A stretch of DNA of 64,000 bases, taken from NCBI GenBank assembly GCA_963809895.1, contig CAWELD010000003.1, forward strand, positions 1,728,001-1,792,000, written 5' to 3'. Of the stretch, positions 34,938 to 43,856 are shown in pieces. The stretch's first letter is position 1, and every line of letters begins with the position of its first letter. The notes under the pieces are model-generated. The model was given only the letters and a program-made list of their open reading frames with translations, made no database searches and was not told where the DNA came from. The DNA is from an uncultured Gemmatimonadales bacterium (GTDB lineage Bacteria > Gemmatimonadota > Gemmatimonadetes > Longimicrobiales > Gaopeijiaceae). The position numbers and the translations under genes were made by a program.

Positions 34938-35386
34938 CGGACGATCTGGCCGAGGGGAAGCATGTGGAGCGAGACCGTGTCGGCGCCCGCTCCGAAATAG
35001 ATGTTGATCACCGAATTGAAGGACATGCAGCTCTGGTCCCCGTAGCCGCGGGCGTTCATGCACACCGTGATCGGGTTGGACGATGCGTTGCTCCACACGT
35101 CCACCCCCAGCTCACTCCGGAAGTGGATGGTCTCGAGAACGCGCCCGGCCAGCACGACCGACGCGCTGTCGCCCTCGGTGTCCAGGACCAGATCCACCTC
35201 TGTGCCTCGCTCGATGGCGTGTGCGCGAGTGCGGGCCTGGAGGGCTTCGAAGGTCTTCATCGCCTGCTGAGCGGCCAGGCGACGCTGAACGTCGCCCAGG
35301 GCCCTGCCCACCAGGGAGAGGATGAGCCCGGCGACGACGATCGTCACCGTGAGCTCGATGAGAGTGAAGCCGGCCCGCCGGGTCAT
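34934..35386 (-). CDS. FimU/FimT (GspH)-like minor pilin 1
   Basis: MTRRAG|FTLIELTV; ARTRAHAI helix; NARG motif. Confidence 0.85.
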   Translation of the reverse strand: MTRRAGFTLIELTVTIVVAGLILSLVGRALGDVQRRLAAQQAMKTFEALQARTRAHAIERGTEVDLVLDTEGDSASVVLAGRVLETIHFRSELGVDVWSNASSNPITVCMNARGYGDQSCMSFNSVINIYFGAGADTVSLHMLPLGQIVR

Positions 35387-35435
35387 GGATGTCCCATCGA
35401 AGGGAGGAGCGCACACGAAACCGGCCCCCCAGGAG

Positions 35436-35451
35436 TGCCAGTTCCATGCCA
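35436..35451 (-). promoter_or_regulatory. Putative sigma54 promoter of minor pilin set 1
   Basis: Minus strand TGGCATGGAACTGGCA (GG-N10-GC), 50 nt upstream of the fimU ATG. Confidence 0.65.
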
Positions 35452-35504
35452 TGCCACGGGCTGCATTATTACGCCCTCACGGTGCCCCCCGAAACCCCCC
35501 GGGT

Positions 35505-35539
35505 GGTCACTTTCTGCCGGGTAGTGGCAAACATTGCCG
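35505..35539. promoter_or_regulatory. Putative tandem enhancer (bEBP-binding) sites
   Basis: TGGCAAACATTGCCG (35525-35539) and GGTCACTTTCTGCCG (35505-35519), 20 nt apart, about 80-115 nt upstream of the predicted start site. Confidence 0.4.
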
Positions 35540-35562
35540 GTCCGGTGGCGTCGACTCCATCG

Positions 35563-36588
35563 TCAGGGGAGGCTCCATCCCGGGCGCGGCAGCACCACCG
35601 GGCGCCGCAGGGTCGAGTCGGCAACCAGCGCCGTGTACGCCGCGCACGGCCCGGCCACCCAACCCCCGTCGGCGACGACGAACGACCCTCCGACACGGGC
35701 GACGCCCTCGATCCGCGCCCCCGCGTCCACCCGCAGGTCTCCCGCCACGAGCACCATCCCCCGGAACGTCACGCCCGAAAGCACCAGGTCGCCGTCCACG
35801 ACCAGAAGTCCCTGCCCCACCCCACCACGCACCTCGAGATCGCCGGCTCGGGCCAGTCCGACGAACCGTTGCGCGCACGGGGACTCCGGATCGAGGGGAT
35901 CGCCCCAGTTCCAGGGTGCCGCCGCACAGGCTCCGTCCGAGACCGCCGGCGCGGGCGTGCCCCATGCCCCGCTCAGCGGCTCGAGCCTCGCGAGAACGGT
36001 ATCCGCCGACAGGTACCCGAGCGCGAGCGGCTCCGACGCCCCGGGACCGCTCCCCGCTCGAACCCCGACCAGGGGACGCGATCCCACCGGAGGCAACAGG
36101 CCCGACGGGCAAGCCGTCGTCTCACCCTCGCCTACCGCCGCCCGGGTGGCGGGATCGGTGACCATGCCGGTCTCCACGGCCCGGGGCAGCGCCGCCAGAC
36201 GCGCCACGGGATCCAGGGCCCACGCCAGGGCCCCGGCCTCGGACCCGACGCCGGCCGAGTCCACCCTCCCCGAGACGAGCGCCAGCTCCGGTGACAGCCG
36301 TCGCGACCACGTCAGCGCCCGCCCTCCCGGAATCACCACCGTAGTGGTGTCCAGCGACAGGGAGTCCGGCAAGCTGTCCAACGCCCGTGCGCCGGCAGCG
36401 GCGAGGGAGGTGGCGCCCCACTGGCGCGCGCGCACCGCCCCGACCACCGCTCCGGTGCGCCGGTGCATCCGCAACAGCACGAGAGAGGCATGGGCCAGCC
36501 CGGTGAAGGCGAGCAGGAGCAGCAGCACCAGAACCAGCACGAACCCTCGCCGTGCCGGCCCGGACCGGCTGAAGGTCAGGGCACCCAT
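35563..36588 (-). CDS. PilX-like minor pilin 2 with C-terminal probable beta-solenoid
   Basis: ARRG|FVLVL without Glu+5; shares NWGDPxDPxxxC and GQGxLxxDGxxxL motifs with pilX1. Confidence 0.75.
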   Translation of the reverse strand: MGALTFSRSGPARRGFVLVLVLLLLLAFTGLAHASLVLLRMHRRTGAVVGAVRARQWGATSLAAAGARALDSLPDSLSLDTTTVVIPGGRALTWSRRLSPELALVSGRVDSAGVGSEAGALAWALDPVARLAALPRAVETGMVTDPATRAAVGEGETTACPSGLLPPVGSRPLVGVRAGSGPGASEPLALGYLSADTVLARLEPLSGAWGTPAPAVSDGACAAAPWNWGDPLDPESPCAQRFVGLARAGDLEVRGGVGQGLLVVDGDLVLSGVTFRGMVLVAGDLRVDAGARIEGVARVGGSFVVADGGWVAGPCAAYTALVADSTLRRPVVLPRPGWSLP

Positions 36589-37241
36589 CGTCGTCTCCGC
36601 TCGTTGGTCGACCAGGGCACGGCCAGCACGAGCTCCACCGCACCCGCCCGCACGTCGAGGCGGGTGCGTGCCGGGTCCAGGACCGCAGCTGTGAGCGGCT
36701 GTCGGCCGGCCGCGCCGCGCCGATACCGGAAGGCGTCGTTCGCCGCGTACAGTCCGGCCTCGAACAGGCGCACGAACACGGGAGTCTCTCCGTCGGTGTC
36801 GTCGCCGTTCCAACGCAGCCGCAACGGACGCCCCCCGGACGGACATACCACGCCCGACGGCGGCGGCTCCACCGCCGCGAGAGCCACCACGGACCGCCTA
36901 CCATCGGCCGAGACCAGCTCCAGCGAGTCCTTGGCGGGGTCCGGTTGCCGTAGCCCGCGGTAGCGCACCGTGGCGCCCGGCGACGCCCCCCCACAGGCGA
37001 ATCCCCATCCCCGGAAGACGCGAAGCGCGACCCCGGCGGGGTCGGTCCGCCAATCTTCTCCGGCTCGGCCACCGGCCAGCTCGCGGTCCAGGATTCCACT
37101 GGCGAGGCGGCTCGCCTCCAGCGCCGCGGCCTCGTCCATGAGCATGCGCGAGGCGCGCACGCCCCGCTCCGCCACCGTCCACGCGCCGCGCACGACGAGG
37201 AGCCCGAGCAAGAGGGCCATCAGGACTTCCGTGAGCCTCAT
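36576..37241 (-). CDS. PilW-like minor pilin 2 (no leader peptide)
   Basis: Starts MRLTEVLMALLLGLLVV with Glu+5; ATG overlaps the upstream stop (ATGA); ILDRELA helix. Confidence 0.7.
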   Translation of the reverse strand: MRLTEVLMALLLGLLVVRGAWTVAERGVRASRMLMDEAAALEASRLASGILDRELAGGRAGEDWRTDPAGVALRVFRGWGFACGGASPGATVRYRGLRQPDPAKDSLELVSADGRRSVVALAAVEPPPSGVVCPSGGRPLRLRWNGDDTDGETPVFVRLFEAGLYAANDAFRYRRGAAGRQPLTAAVLDPARTRLDVRAGAVELVLAVPWSTNERRRRWVP

Positions 37242-37633
37242 GGCGGCGACTCCGTCCAGGCGGGGCCCGCCACCCAGATCCTTGTCATGGGTGCGACGTC
37301 CGCGGAAGGGTCACGCACTCCCTCCACCAGGACACCGGGACCCACCGCCGCCCAACGCAGCGTGCCCCAGCTCTCGTCGCGGGCCCCCCCGGCAGCGACG
37401 CGGCCCGCCACCAACGAGTCCGCCATCGCCGAGGCGGCCCACTGCGCGGCTTCCACGCGTCGGGCCACCGCGAGCTCCGCCACGGCGAGGCGCATGATCC
37501 CGGCGACCCCCAGCAGCCCGATCTGGAGGACGACCAGCGCGACCAGGACTTCGACCAGGGAGAACCCGTGGGCCCCGGCCCGTGTCTCGATCCCCGGCGT
37601 TCCGCCCCCGGGCTCAGCGCGCCACGCGGCCAT
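37238..37633 (-). CDS. PilV-like minor pilin 2
   Basis: AHG|FSLVEVLVALVVLQIGLLGVAG; start codon uncertain. Confidence 0.8.
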   Translation of the reverse strand: MAAWRAEPGGGTPGIETRAGAHGFSLVEVLVALVVLQIGLLGVAGIMRLAVAELAVARRVEAAQWAASAMADSLVAGRVAAGGARDESWGTLRWAAVGPGVLVEGVRDPSADVAPMTRIWVAGPAWTESPP

Positions 37634-38096
37634 AGGACGAGATGCGGAGAGTCGTGGTGGCCTCACCCCTGACGAGTCGAATGGTCCGGCTGGCGACCTG
37701 TCCCAGGCCCAGCGGTCCGTAGGCCACCGGTGCGATGTCGCGACCCGGATCCAGGCGAACGGTCCAGAGGGAGTCCAGGGCCAGCGTGGCCAACTGGGAA
37801 TCCGCCGCCTCGAGGCGTACCACCGAAGAGGGGACGTCGAAGGTGACGCGCGAGCCGCCCCAGCGGGGTGCTTCAGCACGGGCGCGAGCCAGGACCGACA
37901 CGAGCGCCTCGCGCGCGGAGCGGACGGCCCAGCGGTCCCGAAGACCCGCGGCGGCCGGCGCTGCCATGGACAGTGCCATGGAGAGCAGGAGCAAGACCGT
38001 GGCCAGCTCCAGCAACGTCGCGCCCGACGGAGGGCGTGCCGCGTGAGAAGGGCCTGCCCCGTGACCGGGGCTCCGGAAGAAGAACGGCGTCGTCAT
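37614..38096 (-). CDS. FimT/GspH-like minor pilin 2
   Basis: SG|ATLLELATVLLLL; ARARAEA helix; YGPLG and ISSYGRV C-terminal motifs. Confidence 0.8.
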   Translation of the reverse strand: MTTPFFFRSPGHGAGPSHAARPPSGATLLELATVLLLLSMALSMAAPAAAGLRDRWAVRSAREALVSVLARARAEAPRWGGSRVTFDVPSSVVRLEAADSQLATLALDSLWTVRLDPGRDIAPVAYGPLGLGQVASRTIRLVRGEATTTLRISSYGRVAR

Positions 38097-38147
38097 GAAC
38101 CAAGCTGCCCCCAGGCGCGGGGCGCGAGCATGGCTCGATGGGCCGAT

Positions 38148-39509
38148 CTACTTCAGGCCGTAGTCCTGGATCTTGTAGCGGAGCGCGCGCGGGCTCAGCT
38201 CCAGGAGCTCCGCGGCCTGTGTGCGGTTTCCGCCGGTCCGCTCCAGCGCCCGCTCGATGAGGTGCTTCTCCAGCGCGGCAAGCCTCCGTTTCACGGACAG
38301 GTCACCGTTGTCGGACGCCTCCATGCCCGCACCGGCCGGTGTGGGAACTCGCACGTGCTCCGGGAGATCGGTCAGGGCGATGTGGTCTCCGTCGGCCAGC
38401 ACCAGCGCACGCTCGAGAACGTTCTCCAGCTCGCGCACGTTGCCGGGCCACGAATAGTCCAGCAGCGCCTGCATGGCCTCGGGCGTGATACTGTCCACCC
38501 GCACATCCAGACGACGCTGGTGCCGCTCCAGAAGGTGCACGGCCAAGTCGGGAATCTCCTCCTGCCGCCTGACCAGGGGTGGGAGCTGGATGGGCACGAC
38601 GGCGAGGCGGTAGAACAGATCCTCCCGGAATTCCCCGCTCCCCACCGCCTCCTCCAGGTCCCGGTTGGTGGCGGCGATGATGCGCGTATCGACGCGCGTG
38701 GTCTCGGAGCCACCCACAGGCCGGATCTCGCCTTCCTGGAGTGCGCGCAGGAGCTTCACCTGAAGTGGCGGTGGCAGCTCCCCCACCTCGTCCAGGAAGA
38801 GCGTCCCCCCGTGCGCGGCGGTGAAGAGTCCCATTCGATCCCGCTCGGCGCCCGTGAAGGCTCCCCGAACGTGGCCGAAGAACTCGCTCTCCAGAAGATT
38901 CTCGGGAATGGCGCCGCAGTTCACCGGAACGAAGGGGCCCGAGTGCCGGCCGCTCTCGCGGTGGATGAGGCGAGCGACCAGCTCCTTTCCGGTGCCGCTG
39001 GCCCCGGACAGGAGCACCGGGGAGTCGTGAGGCGCCACGCGCGTCGCCACCTCCAGCGCCCGCACCATGGCGGGCGAGCGGGCGACGAGATCGCCGAAGC
39101 GGGCGTCGGCCCGCACTTCCTGACGCAGGCGCCCCACCTCCTGACGCAACTCCTTGCGCTCCTCGGCCATCTGCACCTTGAGGAGCACCTCATCGGCCCC
39201 GAACGGCTTGGCGAGGTAGTCGTCCGCGCCACGGCGGACCGCCTCCACGGCGAGCTCGGGCGACCCGTAGGCCGTCATGACGAGGACGATCCCTTGACCC
39301 CCCTCGTCACGATAGCGCTCGAGGAAGGTGAGCCCGTCGATCCTGGGCATGCGTACGTCACACAGGATCATGGCCGGGGACTCCGCCAGGGCGCGCTCCA
39401 GTCCCTCCTCGCCATCCTGGGCATGGAGGACCTCGTAGCCGGCGTCCTCGAGGATGAGGGTGAGCGACCTCCGAAGCCCCTTGTCGTCATCGATCACGAG
39501 GATCTTCAC
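38148..39509 (-). CDS. Sigma54-dependent response regulator (NtrC/PilR family)
   Basis: Receiver (IDDD, CDVRMP, KPF), [22 protein letters not shown], Fis HTH. Confidence 0.94.
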   Translation of the reverse strand: MKILVIDDDKGLRRSLTLILEDAGYEVLHAQDGEEGLERALAESPAMILCDVRMPRIDGLTFLERYRDEGGQGIVLVMTAYGSPELAVEAVRRGADDYLAKPFGADEVLLKVQMAEERKELRQEVGRLRQEVRADARFGDLVARSPAMVRALEVATRVAPHDSPVLLSGASGTGKELVARLIHRESGRHSGPFVPVNCGAIPENLLESEFFGHVRGAFTGAERDRMGLFTAAHGGTLFLDEVGELPPPLQVKLLRALQEGEIRPVGGSETTRVDTRIIAATNRDLEEAVGSGEFREDLFYRLAVVPIQLPPLVRRQEEIPDLAVHLLERHQRRLDVRVDSITPEAMQALLDYSWPGNVRELENVLERALVLADGDHIALTDLPEHVRVPTPAGAGMEASDNGDLSVKRRLAALEKHLIERALERTGGNRTQAAELLELSPRALRYKIQDYGLK

Positions 39510-40870
39510 GCGTCGTCTCCCTCGTCGTTGGTGCCCGGAAGCCTGATCACGAACTCGGCGCCGCCGCCCTCGGCTTCATCCACGTGCAGTCGTCCTCCCA
39601 TTCCTTCCACGAAACGAGCCGAGATGTAGAGTCCCAACCCCGTCCCCTTCCCCGGCTCCTTGGTCGTGAAGAAGGGGTCGAAAACCCGCTCGCGGTCCGC
39701 GGCAGGGATGCCCGGGCCGTTGTCACGGATGCGAATCACCACGACGCGGGAGGCGGTGAAGAGGGTGTCCACACCACCGGGAGCCCGGTCGCGCGACACG
39801 CGCCGCCGATGCATGTAGTTGATTCCCGGTGGATCGTCCTGACGTCGTGCCGGCAAGGCCTGGACCGCACCCGCCTGCGCCTCCAGGGTGATGCGGATCC
39901 GCGGCGCGGGATGGTCCGAGAGGGCGTCCAACGCGTTGAGGAGCAGGTTCACCATCACCTGCTCCAGGCGGGCCGGCTCCATGACCACGGGCGGGAGCTG
40001 CGTCTTCGGATCGGGCCAACTCGCGTCCACCCCGTCCAGGCGGCCCTGGCGCTCGAGGAGCGTGTGTACCCTGTCCACGACCTCCGGCACGCGAGCCGCG
40101 CGCGCCACCTCGTCCTTGTGGCGGGCGAAGTCCAGCAGACTCCGCACCAACAGGTCGATGCGCTCGGCCTCGGCACGGATCGAGTCCAGCAACTCGGTGT
40201 CACCGCCGTCACGCCGAGCACGGCCGCGCGCGACATCGGTGAACGCCACGATGGCGCCCAGCGGATTCCCGACCTCGTGGGCGATCCCCGCCGCCAGCGT
40301 TCCCACCGACGCGAGACGCGCCGCCTGAACCACCTGATCCCGGGCCTCGACGAGCTCCCGGTTGGTGCGATCCAGGGATACCACGTTCTCGGTGAGGAGC
40401 TCCTGATTGTGGACGAGTCGGTCCGCCATGGTGTTCACACCCTCGCGGATCACGTCGAACTCGGCGGTCTGGACCGGGGCGATGCGGTGATGGTAGTCCC
40501 CGTCGGAGATGCGCTGCACGTCGGCGACCAGGCGGTCGACGGGATCCATGAGGCGGGTCTTGAGGATCCGGTGGCCGAACAGCGCCAATACGGTGAGATC
40601 GCCCAACACCATGAGCAGCAGGTACACCGTCACCTGCGCCGCGCTGTCCAGGAGCGGAAGAACCGCCGCCAGGGCGACCCCGGTGACGATCACCGCCCCC
40701 ACCAGGAGGACGGCGAAACTACCGAGAAGCTCGCGTCTCAGGGGAACCGAAGCTCGACGCATGGCGCGGTTGAGGATCCGGAGGAGCAGGGCCCTCCCCC
40801 GTGGACGGCCCGGGTTCAGGATGGGACGGCGGACGGCCAGCGGCAACGCTCGCGCTACACCGTCACCCAT
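39506..40870 (-). CDS. Sensor histidine kinase (2 TM, HAMP, HisKA, HATPase)
   Basis: AHEVGNPL H-box, [25 protein letters not shown]; the true start may be 40762. Confidence 0.92.
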   Translation of the reverse strand: MGDGVARALPLAVRRPILNPGRPRGRALLLRILNRAMRRASVPLRRELLGSFAVLLVGAVIVTGVALAAVLPLLDSAAQVTVYLLLMVLGDLTVLALFGHRILKTRLMDPVDRLVADVQRISDGDYHHRIAPVQTAEFDVIREGVNTMADRLVHNQELLTENVVSLDRTNRELVEARDQVVQAARLASVGTLAAGIAHEVGNPLGAIVAFTDVARGRARRDGGDTELLDSIRAEAERIDLLVRSLLDFARHKDEVARAARVPEVVDRVHTLLERQGRLDGVDASWPDPKTQLPPVVMEPARLEQVMVNLLLNALDALSDHPAPRIRITLEAQAGAVQALPARRQDDPPGINYMHRRRVSRDRAPGGVDTLFTASRVVVIRIRDNGPGIPAADRERVFDPFFTTKEPGKGTGLGLYISARFVEGMGGRLHVDEAEGGGAEFVIRLPGTNDEGDDA

Positions 40871-40880
40871 GGGATCCGAC

Positions 40881-41285
40881 TCAGAACGTGCAGGTCACCA
40901 GGCCGGGCCGGTCCGCGGGATCACCGCCGGAGGGATCTGCTTTGCCCTGATAGATCCCGCAGTGCTCGTCTGGAAGGCCCACGTGTTCGGCGGTGGCGGC
41001 CCATCCCTCGTTGTTCGCCGAGTTGATGGTGACGGTGACGCCCTCGCTGACCTCGGCTTCGAGCTCGGAGAGGTCGGCGCTGTACCGGGTCGCGTCGCGA
41101 TAGAAGAGCTCCTGCTGGTTGGCCAGGTTCTTCAGATCGGACTTGATGGTCGCCTGGAACGCCTTCTCCTTGGCGCTGCGGAAGCGGGGAATGGCGATGA
41201 GGGCCAGGATGCTGATCACGATCATGGCGATCATCAACTCCACCAGGGTGAAGCCGCCTCTCTGCCGGTGCCGCGTCGACGTCAT
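40881..41285 (-). CDS. Second type IV pilin (paralog of the major pilin)
   Basis: RQRGG|FTLVELMIAMIVISILALIAIPRF, KSDLKNLA, C-terminal Cys pair. Confidence 0.92.
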   Translation of the reverse strand: MTSTRHRQRGGFTLVELMIAMIVISILALIAIPRFRSAKEKAFQATIKSDLKNLANQQELFYRDATRYSADLSELEAEVSEGVTVTINSANNEGWAATAEHVGLPDEHCGIYQGKADPSGGDPADRPGLVTCTF

Positions 41286-41316
41286 GACCGGACTCTCCAG
41301 GTTGGACAGTGGTGGC

Positions 41317-41372
41317 AAAAAAAGGCGAGGAGCGTGGCCCGGAGGCCGGGCCACGCTCCTCGAGCGTCCGGC
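41317..41372 (-). terminator. Strong intrinsic terminator after the major pilin gene
   Basis: Minus strand 17-bp stem CGAGGAGCGTGGCCCGG/CCGGGCCACGCTCCTCG followed by CC and T7. Confidence 0.85.
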
Positions 41373-41399
41373 CGGTGTGCCGGACTTGCTAGCCAGCGA

Positions 41400-41793
41400 T
41401 CAGGTGCCGGTCTCGTTGCTGCAGAGGACCACGCCGGCGGCGGTGGCGGGGCTGGCCGCGGCCACGTCGCCGTAGTACAGCCCGCAGGTCACGCTCGTGC
41501 CGCTGTGCGCGGAGGTGGCGTTCCAGCCGTCCGTGGAGGCGGCGCCAGGCGTGATGGTCACGTTCTTGGACTCGGAGAACTCGAGAGCCGGACTTGTCGG
41601 TCGAGTAGACGAAGTTGTCCGCGTAATAGAGCTCTTCCTGCGTGGCCAGGTTCTTCAGGTCCGACTTCATGGCCGAGATGAAGGCCTTCTCACGGGCCTC
41701 GGAGAACTTCGGAATGGCGATGGCCGCCAGGATTCCGATGATCACCACGACGATGAGGAGCTCGATCAGCGTGAAGCCCTTGTTGTTGCGCAT
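41400..41793 (-). CDS. pilA: Probable major type IVa pilin (+1 frameshift near 41589)
   Basis: MRNNKG|FTLIELLIVVVIIGILAAIAIPKF. The corrected C-terminus ALEFSESKNVTITPGAASTDGWNATSAHSGTSVTCGLYYG...VVLCSNETGT aligns with the second pilin. Has its own promoter and terminator. Confidence 0.88.
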
Positions 41794-41846
41794 GGATGGG
41801 ACTCCTGTGGAATGGGGTAAGGGGCTGCCGCTCGGCCGGAAGGAAG

Positions 41847-41862
41847 GGCAAGGACGGTTCCA
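41847..41862 (-). promoter_or_regulatory. Putative sigma54 promoter of pilA
   Basis: Minus strand TGGAACCGTCCTTGCC (GG-N10-GC). Confidence 0.7.
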
Positions 41863-41880
41863 CATGTGCCACAGCCATCG

Positions 41881-41893
41881 TAATACGTTGATA
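41881..41893 (-). promoter_or_regulatory. Putative IHF binding site upstream of the pilA promoter
   Basis: Minus strand TATCAACGTATTA is an exact match to WATCAANNNNTTR, in an AT-rich patch. Confidence 0.65.
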
Positions 41894-41978
41894 TACAGTC
41901 ACTTAGAATACCTCTGCCTTCGCGTCCACCGCATCTGCGCCTACCCCCGCGTCTTGGATTCTGCAAGATACGGGAGAT

Positions 41979-43856
41979 TTACAACGCCCCCCCTCCACCG
42001 GGGATCGCGGCCCTGAGGCTGTCCACGGTTCGGCGCTCTTCCGGGCCCGGCGCGCGGGCACGAGCCGAGTCCAGAGCGTCCCTCGCCCCGTCCGGGTCGC
42101 CGGAACGGGCGCGGGCCTGGGCGAGCCAGTACCACTGGAGCCAGGCGTCGCGCTCTCCACGCTGCAGGAGAGCCTCGCGAGCCGCCCGGGCCTCGGGCCA
42201 CCGCCCCTCCTCGCCGAGTGCGGTGGCCAGGAGGTGCCAGGCCGGCACGGACGCGTCATCGGCGCGGATCGCCGCCCGAGCCCACCGCTCGACCTCGGCC
42301 CAGCGCTCCTCCGCGGCAGCCTGCACCGCCAGGAGCAGCGGAGCATCGCGCTGACCCGGATCCAGCTCCCACGCGCGAACCAGGAAGGGCCGTGCGTGAC
42401 GGGGCAGCCCGGCGTCCAGGAGCTTGCGCCCGGACTCGAGGTTGAAGACACGCGACGAGCCCAGAAGCGGGACCGCGGCCCGGTAGGCACGAAGTGCCTC
42501 GGCCTGCCGTCCCTCGCGCAGGAGCAGATCGGCCCTGGCCCAGCGGCTGCGCCCCGACTCGGGAGCCTGGTCCAGCAGGTAGCCGATGAGGGTGGCCTGA
42601 TCCCGCCAGACCGGGACGTAGATCAGGGTCCGTAGCGCGAGCCCGCCTGCGAGCACGAGCGCAATCACGCGGACGCTCGCCCGGGGGCGCCCCCGTCGCG
42701 GCAACAAGGCGGCGGCTCCGACCCCGATGGCGGCGGCGAAGCCCACCGACGGCAGATAGAGCGTGCGCTCGGCCAACAAGACGCCGGCGAGGAACAGGAG
42801 GTTGCTCACCGGAAGGATCGCGGTGGCGAACCAGAGCACCCCGAAGGGCAAACCGGCCAGCGGCGCCCAACGCGCACCCGTGCGCCGCGCCGCGGCCAGG
42901 GCGACTCCCAGGATCGCCAGCACCGCCAGGGCGCCGGCTACCCCTACCGGACTCCAGGTGGTGCGCACCGCGACGACCGCAGGGCTGTAGTCCGGGAGCA
43001 GCCGCGCGGGCCACACGAGGAGACGCAGGTATTCGAGCCACACCGGCGCCATGGTCCAGATGCGGGGAATGTCGGTGAGAAGCGCGGCCCCGAGCGGGGG
43101 CTCGGCGTGGGGTGCGAAGCTGCCCAGGACCCGCCAGCGAGCAAGGAAGAAGGCCACGAGGACCACCGCCATCCCCACGAAGAGCGGGGCCCGCCGCCGG
43201 AGGTAGGGGCGCAAGCCAGCCACGGTCAGGCGCCGGCGCACCGCGTCCACGAGCACGACCAGCGCCGGAAGCACCACCGCCACCTCCTTGGCCAGCAGCC
43301 CCGTGGCGAAGAGCCCCAGGATGGCCAGCGTTCGCGGAGCGTCTGGCGCTGCGTCGCCAGGGGCCGGGTGAGCACCCGGAGTCCGCGCCACCAGAACACA
43401 CGCTCCCAGAACGGGCACCGCCGCCAGGAGCTCGGCCTGCCCCACCACGTTGGCCACCGCCTCCACATGCACCGGGTGAAGGGCGAACACGACGCCGGCC
43501 GCGATCCCCGCCGCCAGGGAGAACAGCTCCGACACCAGCAGGACGACCAGGGCCGACGCCAGGGCGTGCAGAACCAGGTTGGTCAGGTGGAAAATCCAGG
43601 GTGCACCGCCGCCCACCGCCCAGGTCAGGGCCAGCGCCAGCGAGGTCGCCGGTCGCCACAGCCCCAGCTCCCGACCGCTGGACACGGGCCACCACGGGGA
43701 GCCCAGGAGCTCGGGCAGGCGCCTCAGGTCGTGGAGCGCCGGATTGTTCGCCACCACCGTCAGGTCGTCCAGCGCGAAGCCATTGGCCAGGCTCGGAAGG
43801 AACACCACGCCGGCCAACAGGGCCACTGCCAGGGTGGCGCGCCGGAGCGGAGTCAT
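41979..43856 (-). CDS. TMTC/TfpW-like GT-C membrane glycosyltransferase with C-terminal TPR repeats
   Basis: FALDD acidic motif after TM1, [47 protein letters not shown], then TPR-like helices; many TM segments. Confidence 0.82.
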   Translation of the reverse strand: MTPLRRATLAVALLAGVVFLPSLANGFALDDLTVVANNPALHDLRRLPELLGSPWWPVSSGRELGLWRPATSLALALTWAVGGGAPWIFHLTNLVLHALASALVVLLVSELFSLAAGIAAGVVFALHPVHVEAVANVVGQAELLAAVPVLGACVLVARTPGAHPAPGDAAPDAPRTLAILGLFATGLLAKEVAVVLPALVVLVDAVRRRLTVAGLRPYLRRRAPLFVGMAVVLVAFFLARWRVLGSFAPHAEPPLGAALLTDIPRIWTMAPVWLEYLRLLVWPARLLPDYSPAVVAVRTTWSPVGVAGALAVLAILGVALAAARRTGARWAPLAGLPFGVLWFATAILPVSNLLFLAGVLLAERTLYLPSVGFAAAIGVGAAALLPRRGRPRASVRVIALVLAGGLALRTLIYVPVWRDQATLIGYLLDQAPESGRSRWARADLLLREGRQAEALRAYRAAVPLLGSSRVFNLESGRKLLDAGLPRHARPFLVRAWELDPGQRDAPLLLAVQAAAEERWAEVERWARAAIRADDASVPAWHLLATALGEEGRWPEARAAREALLQRGERDAWLQWYWLAQARARSGDPDGARDALDSARARAPGPEERRTVDSLRAAIPGGGGAL

